Assembly (NCBI GenBank): GCA_949289125.1
Contig: CASEME010000010.1
Span: 38,700-102,699, forward strand
Reading direction: 5' to 3'
DNA from: an uncultured Eubacteriales bacterium
GTDB taxonomy: Bacteria > Bacillota > Clostridia > Christensenellales > CAG-314
DNA length: 64,000 bases
Both the position numbers and the translations under genes were made by a program. Shown piece by piece: positions 19,653 to 28,267 of the stretch (position 1 is the first letter of the stretch; the number at the start of each line of letters is the position of its first letter). The notes under the pieces are model-generated. The model had not been told where the DNA came from. It worked only from the letters and a program-made list of their open reading frames with translations, and made no database searches.

Positions 19653-20945
19653 TTATTTTCTGTCTGCAAGGTACTCTTCGTAAACCTGACTCCAAATATA
19701 GTTTTTGAGTTTCAAAAATTCGTCTGACATTTTTGTTGCCTGATTTCTGGGGTGAGGTATATTGATGTCCACTATCTCTTTGATACGTCCGGGACGGGCG
19801 CTCATGATGACTACTCTTGACGCCAATATGATTGCTTCTTCTATGTCGTGGGTAATGAACAGACATGTTTTGCGTTCTTTTTCCCACATTTCGATAAGTT
19901 CGGTCTGCAACTGTGTACGAGTCTGAGCGTCCAATGCACCAAACGGTTCATCCAAAAGCAATATTTCGGGATTGACTGCATAAGCTCTTGCAAGTGCAAC
20001 ACGCTGTTTCATACCACCGGACAACTCTTTGGGATAGTGTTTCTCAAACTGTTCAAGTTGTACCATCTTTAGATATTTGTCTACTATAGTGTTAATCTCA
20101 ACACGAGTGTATCTTCTTGACGGCTTGGGCGGTTCGCCACGGAAGTAAACTTCCACCATCTGCTCTATTTCTTCGTGCGTATGCCCTTGCTTTCTCAACT
20201 TTTTGCGAAGTTTGCCTTCGGTGCTCTTAATCCATTGCTCACGAGTGATTGGAGCATAATAAGTAACAGGTCTTTCGCCACTGAAGTAGTTTTCCACTTC
20301 GGCTTTGATTTCTTCTTCTGTCTTGCCTTCTTTTTTGAGTTGAGCAACAAGCTTTTTCTCGTCACGTTTGCGCCAGTCGCCCATTGCCATACGGTCAATG
20401 TAAGCATCGGGTTGTTCGCCGCTAAAATACTTGTCTACTTCGGCTTTGATTTCTTCCTCGGTCTTGCCTTGCTTTCTGAGCTGAGCAACCAACTTTGCTT
20501 CGTCACGTTTGCGCCACTCGTCAACGGGAAGTTTTACCTTTTCAGTGATAGCAAGACGGGACAATTTGAGACCAAATTCTATGTTTTTGCGTACTGTCAG
20601 CCACGGGAACAATGCGTATTGCTGGAACACAACGCCACGCTCCGAACCGGTGTCTTCTACCAATTTGCCATTGCAGAATACTTGTCCGCTTGTCGCTCTC
20701 AACAAACCTGCTATAATATTGAGTATTGTGGACTTACCGCAACCGGACGGTCCTACAATACAGATAAACTCGTTTTCGTATATATCGAGGTTCATACCGT
20801 TCAAAGCTATTACTTTGCCATTACGACCATCATACTCTTTGTATACGTTGTCAATTTTTACTTTTACTTTGCGCTGTTCCTGAGGTACTGTTGTGGAAGT
20901 AACTTCTTTTTCAGTTACAGCTGTTGTTTTTGTTGTGTTAGCCAT
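19653..20945 (-). CDS. NitT/TauT ABC ATP-binding protein with internal 3 x 47 aa repeat insertion
   Basis: GPSGCGKST, VFQQYALFPWLTV, YPKELSGGMKQR, LLDEPFGALDAQTR, ITHDIEEA. Confidence 0.92.
   Translation of the reverse strand: MANTTKTTAVTEKEVTSTTVPQEQRKVKVKIDNVYKEYDGRNGKVIALNGMNLDIYENEFICIVGPSGCGKSTILNIIAGLLRATSGQVFCNGKLVEDTGSERGVVFQQYALFPWLTVRKNIEFGLKLSRLAITEKVKLPVDEWRKRDEAKLVAQLRKQGKTEEEIKAEVDKYFSGEQPDAYIDRMAMGDWRKRDEKKLVAQLKKEGKTEEEIKAEVENYFSGERPVTYYAPITREQWIKSTEGKLRKKLRKQGHTHEEIEQMVEVYFRGEPPKPSRRYTRVEINTIVDKYLKMVQLEQFEKHYPKELSGGMKQRVALARAYAVNPEILLLDEPFGALDAQTRTQLQTELIEMWEKERKTCLFITHDIEEAIILASRVVIMSARPGRIKEIVDINIPHPRNQATKMSDEFLKLKNYIWSQVYEEYLADRK
20120..20520 (-). repeat. Three in-frame tandem repeats with 141 bp period
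   Basis: W-R-K-R-D-E..LVAQL.K.GKTEEEIKAEV..YFSGE.P twice, plus a diverged third copy. Equivalent Trp codons at 20232, 20373 and 20514. Confidence 0.9.
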
Positions 20946-20947
20946 TG

Positions 20948-21739
20948 TTATATCTCCCTCTTATCTTGCCAGCCTGTCAGTTTCTTTTCCAACAGCTCGA
21001 CCACCAACTGCAATAGTAGACCAATAATACCTATTACCAAAATACCCATAAGCACTACGTCCATCTTGAAATATTGGCTTTGTGTCTGAATAAGCACGCC
21101 CAAGCCTTTTGCAGCACCTGTCATCTCTGCTGCAATAAGTGTTGTCAAAGAGGACGAAAGACCAAGTTTCATAGCAGTAATGATAAACGGTGTGGACGCA
21201 GGGATAACAATACGTACAAACATATTAAGGTCGTTTGCGCCCAATACTTTACCTGCTTTGATAAGTGTTTCGTCAACATTAAGCACGCCTTGATAAATGG
21301 TAATTACCATTGTAAGGAAAGCTGCAATGAAGATAACTACGACTTTTGCTGTTTCACCAACGCCTGCTGCTGCAACAACCAAAGGTATGTATGCAATAGG
21401 CGGGATATTTTTGATAAAGCTGATCCATGGTCCGATAAGTGAACGGACAGGTTTGTACCAACCCATCAAAAATGCTACGGGAAGCGATGCAAAAAATGCA
21501 ATTATAAAGCCAAGCAAAACTCTTTGCAGACTCATACGGGTGTGTACCCAAAGCGTGCCTGCTACTATGTATTCCCAAGCAGCCTTCAATACCAACCAAG
21601 GCGAGGAAAATACCATGCCGCCCGTCTTTGTAAGAGAGATAAGCTCCCAAACAACAAGTGCGAGTGCTAAGGACGCCAGTCCCCATACCCATTTTTCGTA
21701 TTTTTTCCAAATACTTTTCTTTGTCAATGATTTTTTCAA
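20948..21739 (-). CDS. NitT/TauT ABC permease (TauC/SsuC-like)
   Basis: SLQRVLLG, IPPIAYIP, LIKAGKVLGA, LIAAEM.GA..GLG. TTG start after RBS AGGAGG. Confidence 0.92.
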   Translation of the reverse strand: MKKSLTKKSIWKKYEKWVWGLASLALALVVWELISLTKTGGMVFSSPWLVLKAAWEYIVAGTLWVHTRMSLQRVLLGFIIAFFASLPVAFLMGWYKPVRSLIGPWISFIKNIPPIAYIPLVVAAAGVGETAKVVVIFIAAFLTMVITIYQGVLNVDETLIKAGKVLGANDLNMFVRIVIPASTPFIITAMKLGLSSSLTTLIAAEMTGAAKGLGVLIQTQSQYFKMDVVLMGILVIGIIGLLLQLVVELLEKKLTGWQDKREI

Positions 21740-21780
21740 AGTAAACCTCCTTCAATAACCGGTGCTATTATTGCTACGGT

Positions 21781-22650
21781 TTATGTGCTGTTGTCGGTGT
21801 GCGAAGCCGACTGTTTTTTTTCGTGGAAATGTTGATAAATAATATTGAGTATGACAGCAACAATTACCACGCTACAACCTATCAAACCCAATGTTCCAGG
21901 CAGTTCGCCTGCAAATATCGCAACCCATATCGGATTGAGTATTGCTTCAAGAAGACTTATTATCGATGCGGACAGCGAATTACATCGCTCGATACCTATC
22001 GAAAAAAGTATGTATGGAATACCTAATTGCACCACGCCAAGTCCTACAAGTGCCATTGTGGACGTAACGTTCATTGCCGTATAGTCTACCCCAAAATAGA
22101 ACGGTATGCCCACTATTACATTGAGCATAAAGCCGTACATACAAGCTGCTGCGGGCTGTACTTTTTCCATACCATTGACAAAAAACACACATGCAAAGGC
22201 TATACCCGACACAATAGCCAATATATTGCCCAACAATCCTCCGCCGCTCATCTGATCGGCAAATACAGTCACTATGCCGCCTATTGCCAAAAGCATTATT
22301 AGTATTTGTACTATGCTGGGCAACTTTCGGTTTTTTACCGCTGTAAATATCATTACAAATATAGGAGCTGTATACTGCAACACTATTGCATTGGCAGACG
22401 TTGTATATTGATTTGCCAATACAAACATATTGGTTGTTACACAAACACCTATTGCTCCCAATACTATTGGAATGTTTGGACGTGGAAACCTGCGCAAATA
22501 CAATGCCAAACATAATACTGCCAAAACAGACCGAAGTCCGTTCATAGCAATACCGTCCATATTAGGTATAAGTTTGATAAAAATACCGCCACTGCTCCAC
22601 ATAATAGCGGCAAAAACGATATACAACTCTCCTCTTACCGACTTTTCCAT
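21781..22650 (-). CDS. EamA/DMT family transporter
   Basis: 10 TM pattern, ANAIVLQYTAP, SLLEAILNPIW. Confidence 0.9.
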   Translation of the reverse strand: MEKSVRGELYIVFAAIMWSSGGIFIKLIPNMDGIAMNGLRSVLAVLCLALYLRRFPRPNIPIVLGAIGVCVTTNMFVLANQYTTSANAIVLQYTAPIFVMIFTAVKNRKLPSIVQILIMLLAIGGIVTVFADQMSGGGLLGNILAIVSGIAFACVFFVNGMEKVQPAAACMYGFMLNVIVGIPFYFGVDYTAMNVTSTMALVGLGVVQLGIPYILFSIGIERCNSLSASIISLLEAILNPIWVAIFAGELPGTLGLIGCSVVIVAVILNIIYQHFHEKKQSASHTDNST

Positions 22651-22760
22651 ATCTGTGTGTGGGTAACGCTGTCAGCGATTATTATCTTGATGCACTTATA
22701 CTCAACGACAAGTAAGCATTGATATTATTTTGCGTTTTTGTATATTACTCTTTTGTATTG

Positions 22761-23549
22761 TTACAACAATTCTTTTGTAAGACCTATACATGCGTCGGGG
22801 TGACCTTGCAACAGACTTGCAGGGAAGTACATAGACTTCTCTCCCAATACGGCACGTCTTACTACCGACTTGTGCCAATCACGGAACACAAACAAACGTA
22901 CTTTCTTTGCGTTAAGTATTTGTTTCATACCGATAGTTACGCAATAATCGGGCATAAGGTAGTATGCTCCGTCAAATTCGTTGAGTCCGTTGACTACTTT
23001 TGTTTCGCGCGATATCTTCTGAACACGCACGGACAAATCACAAAATTGTTTTTCGGTAATTTTGTCTTCAGCCTCGGGCGGTTCGTTGAAAGCCATGTGA
23101 CCGTTGATACCTATACCGCCAAAGCATACGTCCACGCCGCCGTGTTTAGCTATTACTTCCTCTATCACCACTCTGTTGGTAGGTGAAGGGAAAATACGCT
23201 GGCACTCAGGCATAATCAAACGTTCGTATATTTTGCCGTACACTTCTTCGTGCATAAACTTGCGAAAACTCAATTTGTTGTCAGTACCGATAAGCTCTGT
23301 TTCGCTTGCCATATATTCGTCCATATTGATAAATGTAACGTCTTTGAGGCTTATCGATTGGCTGTTGACCTTTTCCACAAAGTACGGATACTGTCCGACA
23401 GGTCCTACAGGTACAATAAACAGAGTTTTTTTGCCTGCTTTGTTGTTGGCTACGATGGTATCCACCATCATATCTGCCATTGCTTCAAACGCCTGTTGTT
23501 TGTTGTCATAAACTTTTACAGGTATTTTACCTTTAGTTACATCGCACAT
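22761..23549 (-). CDS. nagB: Glucosamine-6-phosphate deaminase (NagB)-like protein, copy 1
   Basis: NMDEY, GGIGINGHMAFNEP, TIGMKQIL.AKK, FPASLLQGHP. P-loop reads PVGPVGQY. Confidence 0.83.
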   Translation of the reverse strand: MCDVTKGKIPVKVYDNKQQAFEAMADMMVDTIVANNKAGKKTLFIVPVGPVGQYPYFVEKVNSQSISLKDVTFINMDEYMASETELIGTDNKLSFRKFMHEEVYGKIYERLIMPECQRIFPSPTNRVVIEEVIAKHGGVDVCFGGIGINGHMAFNEPPEAEDKITEKQFCDLSVRVQKISRETKVVNGLNEFDGAYYLMPDYCVTIGMKQILNAKKVRLFVFRDWHKSVVRRAVLGEKSMYFPASLLQGHPDACIGLTKELL

Positions 23550-23585
23550 TGTTATCGCCTCCGTGGTGTATGTTGATTGTTGTTG

Positions 23586-24722
23586 TTACTTTGTTTTGTA
23601 TTGTTTTGCGCACTGCTCCATGCTGTCATGTGCAAAAGCAAATGCGTCGCCCACTGTACCAAAATATACTGTGGCAGTCAAAGCTATTTCTTTGACGGCA
23701 TTTTGCATCAGTTGAACGTATTTTTTTACCTTTTCGTCTTTGTAATTGCCTGTGACTATCTGGTCGATATAGGGCGCAAGGTAGTTGCGGTAGTCAAAGT
23801 CCGACTTGTTGGCTTGCATACGTTGCCACACCTCGTCCTTTTGGTATTGGGTGTTGCTTACAAACAACTCGCGGAAGTTGCGTGTTGTGGCAAGTCTTAT
23901 GTCGGTATCGATGTTAATTTTGGATATTCCGCAAGGAATAACGCTTTGCAACTGCTCTACAGGTACGCCTTTGCCACCCACTGCGCCGCCCAATGCGTTG
24001 ATTTCTGCAACGATATATTGCGGAACAAGGGAAGAACCGTGCGATACAAGCGCACCTTCGATATGCTCGTGACGCATATTTTCCATTGACGCTATTACTA
24101 TTTCGTTGCGTAGTTTTACGTGGTCGCCCTTTACTGCGCCGTGCTTAGTGCCATATGACAATGCCAAACTGTCGCAACCTGTCTTTTTAAAAAAGTCTAC
24201 AACTGTCATCGGGTTGGTGTAACAGCTGTCCTCTGCAAATACGTCGTCCTCTGTGCCACCAAGCACGCCAAGCTCGCCTTCTACTGACACGCCGTACTTG
24301 TGAGCGTACTTTACTACTTCACGCGTCAACTCTACGTTGTCCTCGTAGGGGTGAGCCGAACCGTCTATCATAACGGAAGAAAAGCCTGCGTCTATCACTG
24401 CTTTGACACTTTCAAATGTTCTGCCGTGATCCAAATGCAACACTACCGGTATTTTTGTTTGCTCTGCCAACTTTCTTACGTGGTCTGCAATGCGCTTTGC
24501 ACCCAACTTCTTTTGGTCGAGTGTACTTTTCAAAAACTCTGCATTGCCACCCAAGTAACCTGTGCCTGGTTCGGCAACCTGTATTATTACACCGCTACGC
24601 AGTTGTTCGTGCGCCTCTATCAGGGCGTCTGCCTGACACAAAGCATTTACGTTGAATGCGCCGTGTGCAATTTTGTTGGCTGTTGCATACCGCAAAAGCG
24701 GTTTCATAGGTATGTATGACAT
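23586..24722 (-). CDS. fba: Class II (Zn) ketose-bisphosphate aldolase
   Basis: GAFNV, LHLDHG, SVMIDGS, VEGELG, GTKHG, HGSS, KINIDTD. Confidence 0.92.
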   Translation of the reverse strand: MSYIPMKPLLRYATANKIAHGAFNVNALCQADALIEAHEQLRSGVIIQVAEPGTGYLGGNAEFLKSTLDQKKLGAKRIADHVRKLAEQTKIPVVLHLDHGRTFESVKAVIDAGFSSVMIDGSAHPYEDNVELTREVVKYAHKYGVSVEGELGVLGGTEDDVFAEDSCYTNPMTVVDFFKKTGCDSLALSYGTKHGAVKGDHVKLRNEIVIASMENMRHEHIEGALVSHGSSLVPQYIVAEINALGGAVGGKGVPVEQLQSVIPCGISKINIDTDIRLATTRNFRELFVSNTQYQKDEVWQRMQANKSDFDYRNYLAPYIDQIVTGNYKDEKVKKYVQLMQNAVKEIALTATVYFGTVGDAFAFAHDSMEQCAKQYKTK

Positions 24723-24779
24723 TTTGCTCTCCTTCTTGTGTAGCCAATGGCATCTATGTGTTTGATAACTGTTTGTTTA

Positions 24780-26219
24780 CTATTCTTTATCGTCCGCCAT
24801 ACACAAGTGCACGCTTGCCGTTGTGTATGCTTTGGGCATTGCCAATATTTTGGGATTTTTGCCAACGTACTTCTGAGCGTCTTTCAATGCTTCTTCTATA
24901 GTTGCACGTGTCTTCATACCCATTGCTCTTGCATATCCGGGAGCTTTGGCGCCCACAATATATATGGCAGATGTATTCATCTCAGCTATATGACCGCAAC
25001 TTATCATGGAAAAACCGTGATAGGGGTGATAGCCGTGTTCAAATCTGTATTTGCGGATATATTCCTTATCCTGTGCCAACTTCTCGCCATACTTAGCTAC
25101 ATCTGGCAGGATATTGCCTTCCTTTTGGAAAGTCTCAAATATCTCTCTGTATGAGGGGAACTCCTCGTCGTGGAACCAACCGTCGCACACTGACGCTGCA
25201 ATAATGACGCAATTTTCCTTCATAACACGCTTGTGGCGTATTATCTGTGCGGACAGTGCCTGCATCATAAGTATGGGGTTGGTGCCCATGCCGTCGCCGT
25301 AGTGGAACTTAATTGGCATACCCACAATCATAACGTCGTACTTTTTCTTAGCCCACTTAACATAAGTGCGCTTGTCTGCAACTTCCCAGCTCAATGGTTG
25401 AATAAGTGTTGCGTCTCCTGTAAATACGGCAATCTGTCTTTGCTTGCTGTCCAACACTGCATCGCAGGTAAAGAACTTTTTGCCCATGCACTTTTCCATG
25501 TGCTGACCTATAGCGTCAAACTTCTGACGCATAAGGCTCTTGCTGCTTACAGGTACAAAGTCCTGTCTGTGCATTACTTCGGGGGTGTGGTGAGCAGATA
25601 TACACTGCCAGTTGGTAATACCTGTTGCGCAATGCTTGTATCCGCCCGAGTAACCGCCGTAAGGGTTGCCCAAAGTGTGACCAATAAGTACTGCCAAGTC
25701 ACAATCGTACACTTGCTTGTTCATAACAACGTGACTGTGAAACTTTTCTTCGTATCCCAAGTCTACAAGGTTGTCGTGGTCTTCGCTGTCGTGATTGGCA
25801 ATTTGTCCTGTTGGGTAAAACTCGTCAAAAATTTTGTCGCCCAACAGACTGCGTATTTCTTCTTCGGTATTTTTGCGATGCAAGCCGTTGCTGCACAAAA
25901 GGTGAATATCTTTCTTTTCAACGCCTGCTTTGAGACATTCGTCAATAATAATAGGAATACTTGTTTTGCGGTGACTATCTTCCTGTGTGCCGCCTTTTAC
26001 TCGGTCGGGGAAGATAATTACTACTTTGCTACCCTTTTTTACTTGTTGAGAAATGGGCTTTATTCCTATCGGGTTGAGTATAGATTGCCTTGTTGCCTCG
26101 TATTTGTCTTCTAATTGTGGAGGATCGGGCACTGTTTCTCCTGGAATAAATACATCGGTATTTTTATCAGGAAGATTGGCTTCTACAAACTCTTTACCGT
26201 ATTCAAATGTCACTTTCAT
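24780..26219 (-). CDS. larA: LarA (DUF2088) nickel-pincer-dependent enzyme family protein
   Basis: FEYG, NPIG, NGLHR, NHD, GYSGGYK, AHH. Confidence 0.85.
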   Translation of the reverse strand: MKVTFEYGKEFVEANLPDKNTDVFIPGETVPDPPQLEDKYEATRQSILNPIGIKPISQQVKKGSKVVIIFPDRVKGGTQEDSHRKTSIPIIIDECLKAGVEKKDIHLLCSNGLHRKNTEEEIRSLLGDKIFDEFYPTGQIANHDSEDHDNLVDLGYEEKFHSHVVMNKQVYDCDLAVLIGHTLGNPYGGYSGGYKHCATGITNWQCISAHHTPEVMHRQDFVPVSSKSLMRQKFDAIGQHMEKCMGKKFFTCDAVLDSKQRQIAVFTGDATLIQPLSWEVADKRTYVKWAKKKYDVMIVGMPIKFHYGDGMGTNPILMMQALSAQIIRHKRVMKENCVIIAASVCDGWFHDEEFPSYREIFETFQKEGNILPDVAKYGEKLAQDKEYIRKYRFEHGYHPYHGFSMISCGHIAEMNTSAIYIVGAKAPGYARAMGMKTRATIEEALKDAQKYVGKNPKILAMPKAYTTASVHLCMADDKE

Positions 26220-27025
26220 ATTTTTGCTCCTTTTTTGTAGGTTGCTACAATGTCTTCAAAGTCGTTGAGATAAAAACCGAAGTCTTTGCCAAAACGTGTC
26301 AAAGCTATCAATCCGCCGTCCAATGCCTCAATACTTCCCAGCATCTCTGCATTGTCCTTTTTCAGTCCGCCGCCGTACACTACAGGGCAGTTGACGATAG
26401 TTTTGACAAACTTTGTAATGTCTTCTATGTATTCTCTGTCGGGTGGAACTTTGCCCACGCCTATTGCCCATACAGGCTCGTAAGCTATGGTAACTTTGCT
26501 GAGGTCCACGTCTTTAAGACCTACTTCCAACTGATGTCTTAGTACTTCGTACTTGCGAGGTTGTTCTTCACTCTTTTCGCCTATGCAGTACAACACTTCC
26601 ATACCGCAGTTGATTGCCGCCTTTATCTCGCAGTTGAGTATAATATTGACGTCACCCTGTCCGCCACCCAACTGTAGCAGCTCGTTTTTGTCGTTACGCT
26701 CCTCGCAGTGTCCGATAATTGCGTCGGTGACACCCAATGCACTCATGGACTTTGCTGTACGCAAGGTGGTAAATGCGCCAAAGTTGCCGCCTTTTTCCAC
26801 ATCCTTACGATACACTCCCTGACAGCCTATACGCACTTTTTTGCTGCTTGCTACAGCCGTCATAACGTGCGCTTCGGGGAAAAATACCGTATAGCGACAT
26901 CCGTCTAATTTTTCAAGTGCGCTTACAATATCTTTAGACCATTGCGCACCCTTACTAAGGTCATTGATACCGCCCCAATCTCTCGGTACATCAAACCGTT
27001 TGAGGTTGAGATAAATACGTTTCAT
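26216..27025 (-). CDS. tpiA: Divergent triose-phosphate isomerase family protein
   Basis: NLK, GAFT, IIGHCEER, CIGE, IAYEPVWAIG, YGGG. Lacks VGGAS, reading IALTRF instead. Confidence 0.85.
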   Translation of the reverse strand: MKRIYLNLKRFDVPRDWGGINDLSKGAQWSKDIVSALEKLDGCRYTVFFPEAHVMTAVASSKKVRIGCQGVYRKDVEKGGNFGAFTTLRTAKSMSALGVTDAIIGHCEERNDKNELLQLGGGQGDVNIILNCEIKAAINCGMEVLYCIGEKSEEQPRKYEVLRHQLEVGLKDVDLSKVTIAYEPVWAIGVGKVPPDREYIEDITKFVKTIVNCPVVYGGGLKKDNAEMLGSIEALDGGLIALTRFGKDFGFYLNDFEDIVATYKKGAKI

Positions 27026-27083
27026 CAAAGATTATCTCCTCATTTTTGTAGGTACAGAAAAATAGCTTTTTTCTTCTAATCAC

Positions 27084-27177
27084 ACTATACGGTCAAAGGT
27101 GCAAATAGTAAAGACTGATTTTGTGCAATCGTTTGCATACAGGGGTATTGAAAAGTGCGCAATTTTAAGACTATAAT
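27084..27177. promoter_or_regulatory. Divergent promoters with a central LacI-type operator
   Basis: TGCAATCGTTTGCA at 27124-27137. Minus strand TTTACT-17-TATAGT (27112-27084). Plus strand TTGAAA-18-TATAAT (27148-27177). Confidence 0.7.
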
Positions 27178-27250
27178 CTCTCTATAAATAGTCAACAATA
27201 GCAAAAGTATCGTCAGATATTCGTACAGTTTTATTTAGGAGAAAGACACA

Positions 27251-28267
27251 ATGACGTCAATTACGTTAAAAGAATTAGCGCAAAAACTTGGTGTGTCGCC
27301 TTCGACTATCTCAAGGGTACTCAACAATAAGACATACAGTGCAAGCAAGGAGCTGAAAGAAAAGATATTGCAGGCAGTAAGCGAGTACGGCTATACTCCC
27401 AACTCTGCCGCTAAGGACTTGCGCACCAATGCACTAAAAATCGAACTTCAACTTACCGTATCGTGCGTATTTGCGCGCAGTACTTCCAAAGATAACAACG
27501 CCTTTTTTGAAAGTTTGGCACAGCAAGTGAAGATAAGCATACTCAATGAGGGTATGAAATTGGGCTACACCGTGTATGTGGACGAGATAAGCTGTTTGGG
27601 AGAGGACTTTTTTGCACTTACCAAAGGTCACGGACTTATTGTACTTGGCAGATTTGCTTCCAACGAAACGGAGTTTTTGAAAAATTATAAGCGCAACATT
27701 GTGGGTATTACCGTCAACAGATGGGACACGCCATACGACCAAGTAATAGTAGAAGGTAGCAACGCGGCAAAAATTGCACTCGACTATCTGTGCAGTCTCA
27801 ACCATCATCGCATAGCTTACATGGGCGAATGTTACAAAGAACAGCGCTACAATGCGTATATAAAGTATATAGAAGAAAATTCGGTACACTCGGACGCATC
27901 GCTTATTTTCAACTGTCAGATGACGGAAAAAGCCGCTTACGACAAAGGTATAGAAATTGCCGACAAATTGGTAGAAAAAGCTACTGCAGTGCTGTGTGGC
28001 AACGATATTACCGCTTTGGAGCTGTTGCGTGCATTGAGTAAAAAAGGTTACATGGTGCCTAAGGATATATCGGTAATAGGTATAGACGACATAGACCAGT
28101 CGCAGGAAAGTGTTCCGCCACTCACTACCGTGCATATACCTAAGCACGAGATGTGCTACTTTGCAGTCAAACTGCTTAAGTCACGTATGTCGAGACAACA
28201 TTCGCTACCTGTTCAACTCATTTTGCCGGCAACACTTACCATACGAGAGAGTGTACGCAAGGTGTAA
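27251..28267 (+). CDS. LacI-family transcriptional regulator
   Basis: TLKELAQKLGVSPSTISRVLN..GYTPNSAAKDL, NDITA, VPKDISVIGIDD, PPLTTV. Confidence 0.96.
   Translation: MTSITLKELAQKLGVSPSTISRVLNNKTYSASKELKEKILQAVSEYGYTPNSAAKDLRTNALKIELQLTVSCVFARSTSKDNNAFFESLAQQVKISILNEGMKLGYTVYVDEISCLGEDFFALTKGHGLIVLGRFASNETEFLKNYKRNIVGITVNRWDTPYDQVIVEGSNAAKIALDYLCSLNHHRIAYMGECYKEQRYNAYIKYIEENSVHSDASLIFNCQMTEKAAYDKGIEIADKLVEKATAVLCGNDITALELLRALSKKGYMVPKDISVIGIDDIDQSQESVPPLTTVHIPKHEMCYFAVKLLKSRMSRQHSLPVQLILPATLTIRESVRKV

Noticed and set aside
14479-26114. Long plus-strand ORFs (e.g. 14479-15303, 17711-18526, 18933-19727, 20175-21089, 25233-26114)
   Set aside because: They are antisense shadows of well-supported minus-strand genes and have no recognisable motifs.
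10607-27025. Reading the locus as ordinary GlcNAc/GalNAc utilisation or housekeeping glycolysis
   Set aside because: There is no PTS, kinase or AgaS, the transporters are sulfonate-type, and the phosphate-binding motifs are altered throughout. It is not fully excluded without assays.
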